64,000 nucleotides of DNA, taken from a virus. The first letter of the stretch is position 1. Each line of letters starts with the position of its first letter. The position numbers and the translations under genes are program-made. The stretch lies in IMG/VR virus record IMGVR_UViG_3300042090_000199, positions 13,745-77,744 of that record; one strand, written 5' to 3'. Below the pieces are notes generated by a model. It was not told the origin of the DNA. It saw only the letters and a program-made list of their open reading frames with translations, and ran no database searches. This document shows, in pieces, positions 8,086 through 17,289 of this stretch.

Positions 8086-8393
8086 TGTCTTACTCTTCCA
8101 AAGAACTATGCACTCGTGCGCGCATTACGAAACGCCAGATGGATAACTGGTATCGAATGGGATGGCTAGAACCATTCGAACGTCGAGAGCAAGCAGGATC
8201 TGGAACGCCTCTGGAGTGGCCAACTCGGACCTTCGAGAAGGCTAAGCTAATGTCACGTCTTATTCGTGCAGGGTTCAAGGTTCAGGAAGCTAACGAAATA
8301 GCTGACAGACTTATGAATGACACTACCGCGCGTGCGGATTCAATGCACGATATCGACCTAGGCGATAATATACGACTCAGGCTGTTCGTATAG
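8085..8393 (+). CDS. MerR-like HTH protein
   Basis: YSSKELC..ARITKRQMDNWYRMGWLEP; LIRAGF; TGATG coupling. Confidence 0.75.
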   Translation: MSYSSKELCTRARITKRQMDNWYRMGWLEPFERREQAGSGTPLEWPTRTFEKAKLMSRLIRAGFKVQEANEIADRLMNDTTARADSMHDIDLGDNIRLRLFV

Positions 8394-8406
8394 GAGAGAA
8401 GTAATC

Positions 8407-8610
8407 ATGATGTGTCACCCTTGCAGGCAGGCTGGCGAAGTACTCAAGCTGACTCCGAGCGAAGAGCATCCTGATCCAGAGTCAGAGGCTATAGAACTAC
8501 ACCGGATGTGCCAAGAATCGAACTGTACTTGTCAGCACCGCACCGACAAGGACATTATCAATCGAGAAAGGATACCTAGCAGTGACTCACAGCTACCAGG
8601 GACCGCCTGA
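8407..8610 (+). CDS. Small Cys/His-rich protein
   Basis: CHPC...H..C...CTCQH. Confidence 0.55.
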   Translation: MMCHPCRQAGEVLKLTPSEEHPDPESEAIELHRMCQESNCTCQHRTDKDIINRERIPSSDSQLPGTA

Positions 8611-9127
8611 AGGGTTCCAGTTCAACAATGTCCCTTACCCACCACTGGCTGGAACCTGGGGAGTAGCGCACGGTACCGGACCTTTCGCTAGCGTCATCCG
8701 TACGGCCACGCAGAGCTGGGCAGGTCATGCTGTCTTGTACGTAGGAGACGGACTAGCAGTCGAGGCTCGCTGGCCAAAGGTCAAGATGGACGCAGCTCCT
8801 CGCGAAGACGTCGTCTGGGCTAACGGGCAGCCTCTGACGAGTGAACAACGAATGAGAGCTGTCACAGCTGCTCACCTTCTCATAGGCGCGGGCTACGACA
8901 TCGCTATCTACCCAGCTCTTGTCGCAGCTCTGTTCAAGGCCTCAATCACCAAGGACATCGAACCGTTGTTCAACAGCGACAGATGGTGGGACTGCAGTGG
9001 CCTCGTCGAACACTGCGATGTCGTAGCCGGAGCAGCGATGTTCTCTGGTACAGTCGGTAGCGAGCACTTCGTTACGCCTGCCATGATGATGAACCTCGGC
9101 GTCCAGAAGGGGTGGTTCACAAAGTGA
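8582..9127 (+). CDS. Permuted papain-like (YiiX/NlpC-P60-type) amidase
   Basis: IR..T.S...HA.LYVG near the N-terminus, G..YD, CS.LV, final TP motif (His before Cys). Confidence 0.75.
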   Translation: MTHSYQGPPEGFQFNNVPYPPLAGTWGVAHGTGPFASVIRTATQSWAGHAVLYVGDGLAVEARWPKVKMDAAPREDVVWANGQPLTSEQRMRAVTAAHLLIGAGYDIAIYPALVAALFKASITKDIEPLFNSDRWWDCSGLVEHCDVVAGAAMFSGTVGSEHFVTPAMMMNLGVQKGWFTK

Positions 9128-9333
9128 ACTTGCCACAGTACCGTAGAGCGCTACGTCAGGCTCACGAGGAGTTCGCAGAACAGGTAGCGGCTATACGCGA
9201 CAAGTTCGTCGAAGACATGCGTGAGGCAGGCGATCGACTAGAGAAGGCTCTAATGTCTGCTCACTCGCAGTTCATGGAAGACCCTGAAGAGACAGCCGAA
9301 CATGCTCCAAAGCGCCTTAGGGAGCCCCACTGA
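9124..9333 (+). CDS. Hypothetical coiled-coil protein
   Basis: GTGA overlap with previous gene. Confidence 0.5.
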   Translation: MNLPQYRRALRQAHEEFAEQVAAIRDKFVEDMREAGDRLEKALMSAHSQFMEDPEETAEHAPKRLREPH

Positions 9334-9347
9334 TATACGAAGAAGGC

Positions 9348-9776
9348 TTGACACCAAGTCAGATCTTCGATCGTACCATGAGGGACTTTGTCGAAGCAAT
9401 GACTAGAGAGCCTACGGAAATGCCAGAACGACACTACCATGTAGACGAGCTGCTTGAACAAGACGAAGTATGGCAATCTGGTGATCGAGAGATCCTTCGT
9501 ATCGTCGACATGAAAGACGATCATCTAGTCAACCTGAAAGCGTTTCTGCTCAAGCATGCCTTCAGGTATCAATCAGCCGTTCTTCAGTCTATGTTCACCT
9601 TTGCCTCTACGCTCGGAGGCGAGATGGCGCAGGATGCTATGGAGTCAGAGATCAGTCACGTAGCTGACAAACATGCGCTTCTCTGGATGGAAGAACGTCC
9701 TCTATACAAAGCAGTGCAAAACGAAATCTTCAGACGGCAGGGATATAGCGTCTGCCGCATCATAGAACAGGAGTAG
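9348..9776 (+). CDS. Hypothetical protein
   Basis: W....I.DM..DHL.N motif seen in phage hypotheticals. Confidence 0.55.
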   Translation: MTPSQIFDRTMRDFVEAMTREPTEMPERHYHVDELLEQDEVWQSGDREILRIVDMKDDHLVNLKAFLLKHAFRYQSAVLQSMFTFASTLGGEMAQDAMESEISHVADKHALLWMEERPLYKAVQNEIFRRQGYSVCRIIEQE

Positions 9777-9778
9777 CA

Positions 9779-10570
9779 ATGCTATACCGAACTAGGACAG
9801 TTCTCGTCGAGACGGAACCAGGCACTGGAGAAGAGGAAGGCTTCACCAAGATCTCGATCGGAGAATGCTGGGCATTTATCCCGAACGCCTTGTTCGAAGT
9901 TCTGTTCGAGGAGCTAGGTCCAGGACTCCAAGCAGACATAGGCAGTTCTGAAGGCATCGTAGACGCAGCAGGCTTCGACCTCAGCTGGTGCAAGAGCGCC
10001 GAGCCCCGCAATCTGATCAACGAGATGCTGGCAATGGAAGCCATCACGACCGACAACACCATCGACGGCCCGTCGTGGATGTTCAAGCCCTACCCGATCA
10101 GCATCTTCGGCAAGCTTCTTACCGCTGTTATCGAAGACATGGGCTGGATATGGAATCCTGGAGTAGACGAGTCAGCCCCTAAGTTCCTCGAAGTCGGCTG
10201 TGGACCAGGTACGAAGCTAGTCGTAGCCGAGAAGGTATTCGGTCTCGATGCAGGAGGTTTCGACTACAACCCCGACTATGTGCGAGACGCGAACGAGCTA
10301 CTGCAGTCTAAAGGCTGTCAGGGTGGTGCGTTCATAGCGGACGCTCGCACAGTAACCACCCCCTATAGTCTCGCCGACGTGATATGGCTCAATCGTCCGT
10401 TCGTTCATCTCGAGATGACAAGACGTCTGGAAGAGACAGTTCTCAACCGTATGCACCCAGGCGCATACATCATTCTCGGTAACTACGCTACCGATCCGAA
10501 AGAGCTCGGGTGGCAAGTCATCGCCGAAGACAAGATGGCGATCGTGCTCAGGAAGCCTGTACTCAAATAA
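9779..10570 (+). CDS. Class I SAM-dependent methyltransferase
   Basis: FLEVGCGPG, GFD, ADA, DVIWLNRPF. Confidence 0.8.
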   Translation: MLYRTRTVLVETEPGTGEEEGFTKISIGECWAFIPNALFEVLFEELGPGLQADIGSSEGIVDAAGFDLSWCKSAEPRNLINEMLAMEAITTDNTIDGPSWMFKPYPISIFGKLLTAVIEDMGWIWNPGVDESAPKFLEVGCGPGTKLVVAEKVFGLDAGGFDYNPDYVRDANELLQSKGCQGGAFIADARTVTTPYSLADVIWLNRPFVHLEMTRRLEETVLNRMHPGAYIILGNYATDPKELGWQVIAEDKMAIVLRKPVLK

Positions 10571-10590
10571 CCGATCAGGAGAAATAGAAC

Positions 10591-10908
10591 ATGAAACTCA
10601 ACAAGCGCGACCTGACCTGGGCTGGCGTCGCCAGTACTGGCATCGCAGCGGCAGCAATCATCGCCGGCTGCGCCAGCGGAAACCCTGTCGCCGATGACCT
10701 GCAGAACGTATCACCGTCATATCCGAACTACGTTGGGCTCTACCTCAACGTCGACGGCCATCCGAACATCGTCGAGATCTGTATCAACGGTGTAGGCTTC
10801 GCCACGACGACGCGCGAAGCCGCAGGCGCGATCACGCGCATCCCTGAATGGGATGCCTTCTGTCAGACGCAAGAAGGTAAGCAGGCTACCCAGAACGGTC
10901 AGCCTTAA
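10591..10908 (+). CDS. Lipoprotein
   Basis: Signal peptide with lipobox IAGC; RBS AGGAG. Confidence 0.7.
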   Translation: MKLNKRDLTWAGVASTGIAAAAIIAGCASGNPVADDLQNVSPSYPNYVGLYLNVDGHPNIVEICINGVGFATTTREAAGAITRIPEWDAFCQTQEGKQATQNGQP

Positions 10909-10909
10909 C

Positions 10910-11155
10910 ATGGCTGTTCATCATAACAGGCTAGTTCCGTCTTCTCCAGAGCCTCCAGCTCCGATCCGAGGTGGCACGTTCTTCTACTGCCCTTGGGGTG
11001 AGAGGAGAAAAAGCGACTGGGGCTCAATTTCGTTTCTAGCCTGCGGCATCGTCCACGCTGGATGGGCAACCGGCACGAGATTCCGAACATGCAAGGCTTA
11101 CCGGCAGCACTGGCGAAGGTATCACTCGGAGGTGCAGCATGACGATGTCCGTTAA
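10910..11155 (+). CDS. Hypothetical protein
   Basis: ORF from ATG 10910; Cys/His residues. Confidence 0.45.
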   Translation: MAVHHNRLVPSSPEPPAPIRGGTFFYCPWGERRKSDWGSISFLACGIVHAGWATGTRFRTCKAYRQHWRRYHSEVQHDDVR

Positions 11156-11369
11156 GACAATGGAGTTCGACACAATCATCGTCATCTACGACTACACGAG
11201 CCAGACCTTGACTATCAAGTCAAAGTCTGCTCCAGAGACTAAACCAGCTACTAGGCACAATCTTCAACCCGAAGGCGAGATCAAGCTGCCTAGCTTCAGT
11301 ATTCAGGAGCTGCGAGAAGGTCTCGAAGGCATCGGTCAGCAAGTCCCATCAGGTCGACGTTTATCTTAA
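11139..11369 (+). CDS. Hypothetical protein ending ...CGT TTA TCT TAA
   Basis: RBS GGAGG; contains one of three in-frame TTA codons found. Confidence 0.55.
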   Translation: MTMSVKTMEFDTIIVIYDYTSQTLTIKSKSAPETKPATRHNLQPEGEIKLPSFSIQELREGLEGIGQQVPSGRRLS

Positions 11370-11378
11370 TCAGCAACG

Positions 11379-11406
11379 AGGCCCGCCGGAACACGCCGGC
11401 GGGCCT
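11379..11406 (+). terminator. Intergenic GC-rich hairpin
   Basis: AGGCCCGCCGG-N6-CCGGCGGGCCT. Confidence 0.55.
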
Positions 11407-11421
11407 GATAAGGAGAGTATC

Positions 11422-11736
11422 ATGGAAATGAGCCGTTGGACGCTAGTTGTAGAGTTCGACTCTATCCAGGAAATGATAGCCGAAGATGACTACGAAGGAG
11501 GCCTAGCTGAAGCGGAAGAGTTCTACCAGTACATACGTGAGTACTGGAACGGCATGGATGAAGATTGGCTCAACGAAGACACGAACCTGACAGGTGACAC
11601 AGTAACAGTCACCTTCCCAGTTCTGGATGATATCGAAGAGCCGCTTCGATGGCTCACTATGAAGTCTGTACCCAAGAAGATCACCTTGTCTCGTAACGAT
11701 ACTCGAACAGGAGGACCTGCTAGGCATGAAGACTAG
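11422..11736 (+). CDS. Hypothetical acidic protein
   Basis: RBS AAGGAG; ORF. Confidence 0.55.
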   Translation: MEMSRWTLVVEFDSIQEMIAEDDYEGGLAEAEEFYQYIREYWNGMDEDWLNEDTNLTGDTVTVTFPVLDDIEEPLRWLTMKSVPKKITLSRNDTRTGGPARHED

Positions 11737-11901
11737 GGACCGGGAGCTTCTCGTCTACTTGATATGTATACTAGTCCTGACAGGACTAGTTGTCTTTGCT
11801 ATAGTGCATGCTGTTGCAACCAACTGCGAGTACAACGCTTGTGGTCATTAGTTGACTAGTGTATTAAGGGAAATTTCAGAATAATTTCCTTTAAGGCTCC
11901 A

Positions 11902-11931
11902 TTGTTGTTCCCTCGATTCTTGTAGTATAAT
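11902..11931 (+). promoter_or_regulatory. Sigma70-type promoter upstream of queC
   Basis: TTGTTG-N18-TATAAT in an AT-rich gap. Confidence 0.6.
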
Positions 11932-11969
11932 TATATTATACGAAAAGCGAGAATCCAGGAGCAAACATT

Positions 11970-12677
11970 ATGGGCGGTATAGCAATCGTGTCCGGCGGGC
12001 TTGACAGCACCACGATGCTGTACGATCTTGTGAATAGCGGAACAGACGTAGACGTAGTGTCCTTCAACTACGGGCAGCGTCACATCAGGGAACTGATTCA
12101 GGCAAGAGCTATCACTTCAGCTCTTCGTCTCCATCACCTGATCATAGACATTCCGTCCTATGGACGCTCGATCGTGTCCAGCGCGAGCTCTCTGGTAGAC
12201 CCTAACGCTGAGGTCCCGGAAGGCAGCTACGACGCCGAAAGCATGAAAGCGACTGTTGTCCCGAACCGTAATATGGTCATGATAGCTATGGCGTCGGGAG
12301 TAGCAATCTCTACCAAGGCCCAGTTTGTCGCTACGGCAGTCCATGCAGGTGACCACGCGATCTACCCCGACTGTAGGCCTGAGTTTATCAGGAGCCTAGA
12401 GACGGCTATCAAGATCGGTAACGAAGGGTTCATTGACCCTGGGTTCGAAATCAGGACCCCTTACATCTACAGGACTAAGGCCGATATCGCCAGGCGAGCA
12501 GGCGAACTTCGTGTTCCTGTCGATCTCACGTGGTCGTGCTATAAGGGCGGAACTTCCCACTGCGGACGATGCGGGACCTGCGTAGAACGTCTCGAAGCCT
12601 TTCACGAGGCAGACGTGTTCGACCCTACGGTGTACATGGACACCGAATTCTGGAAGACAGCGGTCGCGGCTAAGTAA
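11970..12677 (+). CDS. queC: 7-cyano-7-deazaguanine (preQ0) synthase
   Basis: SGGLDST, FNYGQRH, VPNRN, YPDCRPEF, TWSCY..G..HCGRCGTCVER. Confidence 0.96.
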   Translation: MGGIAIVSGGLDSTTMLYDLVNSGTDVDVVSFNYGQRHIRELIQARAITSALRLHHLIIDIPSYGRSIVSSASSLVDPNAEVPEGSYDAESMKATVVPNRNMVMIAMASGVAISTKAQFVATAVHAGDHAIYPDCRPEFIRSLETAIKIGNEGFIDPGFEIRTPYIYRTKADIARRAGELRVPVDLTWSCYKGGTSHCGRCGTCVERLEAFHEADVFDPTVYMDTEFWKTAVAAK

Positions 12678-12691
12678 CGGCGGCAATCTCA

Positions 12692-13132
12692 ATGGACGAA
12701 CAGCTGCCAGGGTCCTGCTCTTGTGCGATAGACTGTTTCCCGCCAACGACGTCTATCATCAACTGCGCAGAGCATGGTATGCCTCAGAACCTGGGGGACA
12801 CTGAATACCCGGGGACTATGCCTAAGTTCGGGCTACCGATTCACGGTTTCGGAGAAACTGGTTACGTAGCGCCTCTGTACGATCAGCAGCAGATAGAAGA
12901 GGCCGCCCAACTAGCAAAGGCTATTGGCTACAAGGTAGGACGTCCTGTCCAGATATGCTCTCTAGCCGACCTTAAGAGGATCGCAGCTTCCACAAGTCCT
13001 GGAAGTCCTCCTCCGAGTCTTCAGTATCATAAGCCTGGCTGCATCTATAGCACTGGTCCGCACCCTGGTGACTGTTATGTCGAGCCGCTGCCAGGGCCTA
13101 GCAGGATTCATGATGGAGACCCCAAGCAATGA
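12692..13132 (+). CDS. Hypothetical protein
   Basis: ORF coupled to the next gene (ATGA). Confidence 0.5.
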   Translation: MDEQLPGSCSCAIDCFPPTTSIINCAEHGMPQNLGDTEYPGTMPKFGLPIHGFGETGYVAPLYDQQQIEEAAQLAKAIGYKVGRPVQICSLADLKRIAASTSPGSPPPSLQYHKPGCIYSTGPHPGDCYVEPLPGPSRIHDGDPKQ

Positions 13133-14295
13133 GTGAACTCGTCCACGAGATCCATTCGTCTCAGCTTCGTGGTTACCGTACATGCAGACGTATGTGGGAC
13201 TGGCGCTATCGTGACAACTGGGAGCCGATCAAGCGTCCGGCGCCTCTCGAAGATGGTACTGTCTGGCATAAGGCTCTAGAAGTCTTGTACAACCCTGAGA
13301 CTTGGCGCGTTCCTCTAGCGGACTTGCACAGGTTTGCTCAGGAAGCTCTTATCGCCGAAGCTGATCGGCAACGTACGGATTATCTCCATCGTGCAGGCAA
13401 GTACCAGTTGGACGAAGAGGAAGCTCTCGACTATGGCGAGCGTCTCAGTATCCTACGGAGCATGTTGGTCAAGCTGTGTCGTAGTCTCGACCGTTCGGCC
13501 TATAAGCCGCTATTCGTAGAGCGTGAATTCGAGTGTCCTGTTGTTGACGACGCAGGCAACCAGCTTCACTGTGTCTGCAAGGAATGCATCGCACAGTACC
13601 GAAAGCATAACGAGTTTCCGGATTCATACGACATTACAGGACAGTTTACAGGTCTTCCAGTTGTATTCAGCTGTCGCATCGATGCAGTCTTCGAAGACCG
13701 TGAAGGATTCGTCTTCGTAACCGACCACAAGTCAGCCGCCAGCTTGTACAAAGAAGACTCAGTAATCCCAGAGCTCGAAGACCAGCTTCCTTCGTACCTG
13801 TGGTGCGTTCGTCAGAACGGTTACCCGGCTACCGGCATTATCCTCAATCAGTTCCGAAAGGCTTACCCGAAGCCTCCTAAGAGACTGCAGACTCCTGGAC
13901 AGGGACGCTGGTACAGCGTCAATAAGCAGCAGCTCACGGACTACCACACAGCACGACAAGTCTTCGAACGCAAGGACAACAGAGCTTATCGTCACGGCTT
14001 GTACAACGACTACCTAGAGTGGCTCAAGGCTCACGGTCCAGAATATTCCAGGCAGTTCGTGATCCTCAAGACTAACGAACACCTGGAAGAAGCTGGCCGT
14101 AATATACTGCTACAAGCTAAGGAGGTGATCGGCGAGCCAGCTATCTACAAGAACGCGAATCAACCGAACTGTCAGTCATGTTCATTCCAGCTACCCTGTC
14201 TTACAGCTTCTGGCGGTCTAGACCCGACAGGAGACCTTGAGGCAGGCTTCGTCAAGTCAGAACCGTACTATATACAGAGACGGCGGCAGTCATGA
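13129..14295 (+). CDS. PD-(D/E)xK exonuclease (Cas4/RecB-like)
   Basis: S....Y..C.R.W, GT..H..LE, RID...DHKS, QL..Y, C..C.F...C. Confidence 0.85.
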   Translation: MSELVHEIHSSQLRGYRTCRRMWDWRYRDNWEPIKRPAPLEDGTVWHKALEVLYNPETWRVPLADLHRFAQEALIAEADRQRTDYLHRAGKYQLDEEEALDYGERLSILRSMLVKLCRSLDRSAYKPLFVEREFECPVVDDAGNQLHCVCKECIAQYRKHNEFPDSYDITGQFTGLPVVFSCRIDAVFEDREGFVFVTDHKSAASLYKEDSVIPELEDQLPSYLWCVRQNGYPATGIILNQFRKAYPKPPKRLQTPGQGRWYSVNKQQLTDYHTARQVFERKDNRAYRHGLYNDYLEWLKAHGPEYSRQFVILKTNEHLEEAGRNILLQAKEVIGEPAIYKNANQPNCQSCSFQLPCLTASGGLDPTGDLEAGFVKSEPYYIQRRRQS

Positions 14296-15128
14296 GCGAC
14301 GTTAGCACCGCACTAGTCCCTACTATGACAGACTTCGGAGGCGTTCCCATAGCGCCTATCCGAGACAAGCCACAGTACATGAAGGCTCTGGTCTACGGTA
14401 AGCCAGGCGTCGGCAAGACAACTCTGGTAGCCCAGGCTCAGAAGATCCCAGGCATGTCACCTGTGCTCTTCATGACACCGGATCAGGCGGAGGCAGACAC
14501 GCTGCGTAAGGAAGCTCCAGACGCGCAGGTAGCCTTCATCAGGAAGTTCTCACAGTTCGACCAGATCTACAAGGCAGCAGCTAAGCTGTCTGCCGCCGGT
14601 ACGCCTATTCCGTTCAAGACCTTCGTGGTCGACACAGGTACCGAAGCGCAGAAGCTATCCATGAACGACATCATGACAGCTCTTCTTATCTCGGGTCGAC
14701 CTGGAGGCGGAGAGGTTAACTTCGACGTCCCGAGCATGCGTGAGTGGGGCGAATCGATTAGCCAGATGCGGACGCTCGTTCGGCACTTCCGCGATCTACC
14801 GGTCAACTTCATCATGAACTGTCACGAAGCGGAAGCCAAGGACAACCGTTCCATCAACTGGATCGTTCCAGACCTGCCCGGCAAGCTCAAGAACCAGGTC
14901 TGCGGTATGTTCAGTAACGTGTTCTACCTCGGAGTAGAACGTACAACAGTGACAGAAGGCCGAAGCAAGATCGTCGAAGCCGAACGTCGCATTCTCTTGA
15001 CAGGCCTTACGGAAGGCTACCTAGCTAAGTCAAGAACCGGACTCTTCGAGAGGGTTGTTCAGGAACCTAAACTCGAAGACCTCTATAAGGCAATTATCAG
15101 TATGCCTGCAGAGGAGACCGCCCGATAG
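14292..15128 (+). CDS. AAA ATPase (Sak4/AAA_24-like recombination protein)
   Basis: YGKPGVGKTT, FVVDT, HE; position between exonuclease and SSB. Confidence 0.8.
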   Translation: MSDVSTALVPTMTDFGGVPIAPIRDKPQYMKALVYGKPGVGKTTLVAQAQKIPGMSPVLFMTPDQAEADTLRKEAPDAQVAFIRKFSQFDQIYKAAAKLSAAGTPIPFKTFVVDTGTEAQKLSMNDIMTALLISGRPGGGEVNFDVPSMREWGESISQMRTLVRHFRDLPVNFIMNCHEAEAKDNRSINWIVPDLPGKLKNQVCGMFSNVFYLGVERTTVTEGRSKIVEAERRILLTGLTEGYLAKSRTGLFERVVQEPKLEDLYKAIISMPAEETAR

Positions 15129-15164
15129 GGCAAAGTAACTAGTACAGAAAGAGAAAACGGAACT

Positions 15165-15683
15165 ATGGGTATCAAGGTAAGTCTCAGCGACCAGGAAGCT
15201 TCGTCAGGCGACCGCAGCTTCGACCCGATGCCGATCGGCAAGTACCACGCCGTGATCCACGCCGTGGAGCTGGCGGAGTCAGAATCGGATAACAACCCTG
15301 GCAAGCCGATGCTCAACTTCGAGTTCGTCGTTCAGGACACGCCGGGACGCTGGCAGGAGTACGCCAACAGGCACGACTTCGTCAACGCGTGCCTCTGGGA
15401 AGGCGCGATGTACACCATCGTCGGCATCCTCAAGGCACTGCCTTCCCAGAAGGGCAACAAGAACGCCTACGAGGACAACCTCGACTCTGACGGCAATCTC
15501 GAAGTCCCGACCGAGCCAGAGTACTACGAGGGTCAGGAGCTCTTCATCCGGCGCGGCAAGAACAAGCGGCAGGTCGAGAAGTTCCCTGACATGCCCGAGC
15601 GCCACATCGAGGTCCGCGGCTACGGGATGTTCTCCGAAGACCAGCTCGGGTCTCCGAAGAGCGAGACCGACGTTCCGTTCTAG
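15165..15683 (+). CDS. Single-stranded DNA-binding protein (DUF669-like)
   Basis: FDPMPIGKYHAVI, GKPMLNFEF, acidic ...DVPF C-terminus. Confidence 0.75.
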   Translation: MGIKVSLSDQEASSGDRSFDPMPIGKYHAVIHAVELAESESDNNPGKPMLNFEFVVQDTPGRWQEYANRHDFVNACLWEGAMYTIVGILKALPSQKGNKNAYEDNLDSDGNLEVPTEPEYYEGQELFIRRGKNKRQVEKFPDMPERHIEVRGYGMFSEDQLGSPKSETDVPF

Positions 15684-15691
15684 CTAGACCA

Positions 15692-15770
15692 TGAAGATGA
15701 AGGTTCGAGTCGCGGCGTAAGAGACTGGTACCTGTAAGAGAGCGACTAGGGCCAGAGGCCTTCATCTTCA
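15692..15770 (+). other. Intergenic structured element
   Basis: 12-bp stem TGAAGATGAAGG/CCTTCATCTTCA enclosing AGTCGC/GCGACT and a GTAAGAGA direct repeat. Confidence 0.55.
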
Positions 15771-15786
15771 GCACCAGGGAGACAGA

Positions 15787-16167
15787 GTGCCTAATTACGA
15801 CTTCAGTTCCAGCTTTCCTCATCCACAGTGGAGTATCTGCGGCATGGAGCTTCCTGACGGAAGAGTCCGTATTATTGCTAGCAAGGAGCTCAGTTATGCG
15901 GAACTCCGATACGAAGCGGGGTTCCACCAAGTGTTCGACGGAATCTTCCCGATTCATGCAGGTATCACGCATACGGATCTGACACTGACGACACATATGC
16001 GCACCTGTGTCCTTATCGACGGACCCGACTACGCTACCTGTATCAAGCATCTATTCGAGACTTGGAAGCCTGACGACCTTAAGCGCAAGGCTATCGGTCC
16101 GAAGCAACTCGGTATCGAAGGTTCTCCTACCGGCCGTACACCCACGCCTCCTCCGATCGGATACTAG
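15787..16167 (+). CDS. Hypothetical protein
   Basis: ORF in the operon. Confidence 0.55.
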   Translation: MPNYDFSSSFPHPQWSICGMELPDGRVRIIASKELSYAELRYEAGFHQVFDGIFPIHAGITHTDLTLTTHMRTCVLIDGPDYATCIKHLFETWKPDDLKRKAIGPKQLGIEGSPTGRTPTPPPIGY

Positions 16168-16168
16168 C

Positions 16169-16675
16169 ATGTGGCGCATCAGTAAGACATTTCAGTTCTC
16201 AGCAGCGCACTATCTCAATGATCTTGCAGAAGGCCACCCTTGTGGACGCTTGCATGGGCACAATTACGAGGTCGAACTGTATCTAGAAAGTCCTGCGCTC
16301 GACGATGTAGGCTTCGTACGTGACTACGGAGAGCTAGGACGCTTCAAGACCTGGCTGGACAACACGTTCGACCACAGGCAGATCAACGACACGATCGAAC
16401 AGCCTACAGCCGAGAACATGGCGAAGATGTTCTACGAGCGAGCAGTAGTCTTGTACCCCGAAGTCGTAGCTGTACGTGTCAGCGAGACACCGAAGACAAC
16501 CGCCTGGTATTCGCCGCACTCACTACCGCCGCTAGACACCGTGCTCGATGTCATAGAGTCACTCGCAGGAGAGCCGGTTTCTAGTCCAGATCGTCAGCGC
16601 CTCATAGACGCACTAACTCAGCTTCTTCCGTTCCGGTCTATATTCGGCGTGGGAGAGCCTGGTGGAGGGAAGTAA
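16169..16675 (+). CDS. queD: 6-carboxy-5,6,7,8-tetrahydropterin synthase
   Basis: ISKTFQFSAAH, CGRLHGHNY, DH, PTAEN, SETPKT; ~50-aa C-terminal extension. Confidence 0.93.
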   Translation: MWRISKTFQFSAAHYLNDLAEGHPCGRLHGHNYEVELYLESPALDDVGFVRDYGELGRFKTWLDNTFDHRQINDTIEQPTAENMAKMFYERAVVLYPEVVAVRVSETPKTTAWYSPHSLPPLDTVLDVIESLAGEPVSSPDRQRLIDALTQLLPFRSIFGVGEPGGGK

Positions 16676-17289
16676 TGCCTTTCGAACCTGATGGCTTGAT
16701 ATACAGAGATTCCGTAACAGGTCAAGAAGTTCTAGACGTTCAAACAGCTAGACCTGAGACCCTGATGAGAATCCTTCTAGAAAAGGTTCTACCAGACTTC
16801 GACTGGGACGGCGACGACGTCAGGGATACTCCGAAGCGCTTCGTCAAGATGCTACGCGAGCTAACAGATGCTAGCGAGCATTGGCAATTTACAACCTTCA
16901 AGACAGACGCTCACGAACTAGTGGTTGTCAAGAACATTCGGTTCGTAAGTCTATGCTCACACCATCTAGCGCCTTTCACAGGTATCTGCCATGTAGGCTA
17001 CGTACCTGATGGACTCATTGCAGGTCTATCCAAGATAGCGCGTCAGGTTCAGACAGCAGCTAAGACTCCCGCAGTCCAGGAAGAACTAACTACAGACCTG
17101 GCAGATACGTTCAATGATATCCTGAATCCACAAGGTATCATTGTCGTCATGAAGGCGTTCCACAGCTGCATGTCGCTGCGAGGCGCACTAGCACACGAGA
17201 CCGAAACGGTCACCAGCGCTGTCAGAGGCGTCTTCGTCGATAACAAGCGCCACGTCAAAGAGGAATTCTTCAAGCTGTTGGGGCTGTAA
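16675..17289 (+). CDS. folE: GTP cyclohydrolase I
   Basis: TPKR, SLCSHHL.PF, GLSKIAR, VQE, H.CM..RG. Confidence 0.95.
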   Translation: MPFEPDGLIYRDSVTGQEVLDVQTARPETLMRILLEKVLPDFDWDGDDVRDTPKRFVKMLRELTDASEHWQFTTFKTDAHELVVVKNIRFVSLCSHHLAPFTGICHVGYVPDGLIAGLSKIARQVQTAAKTPAVQEELTTDLADTFNDILNPQGIIVVMKAFHSCMSLRGALAHETETVTSAVRGVFVDNKRHVKEEFFKLLGL

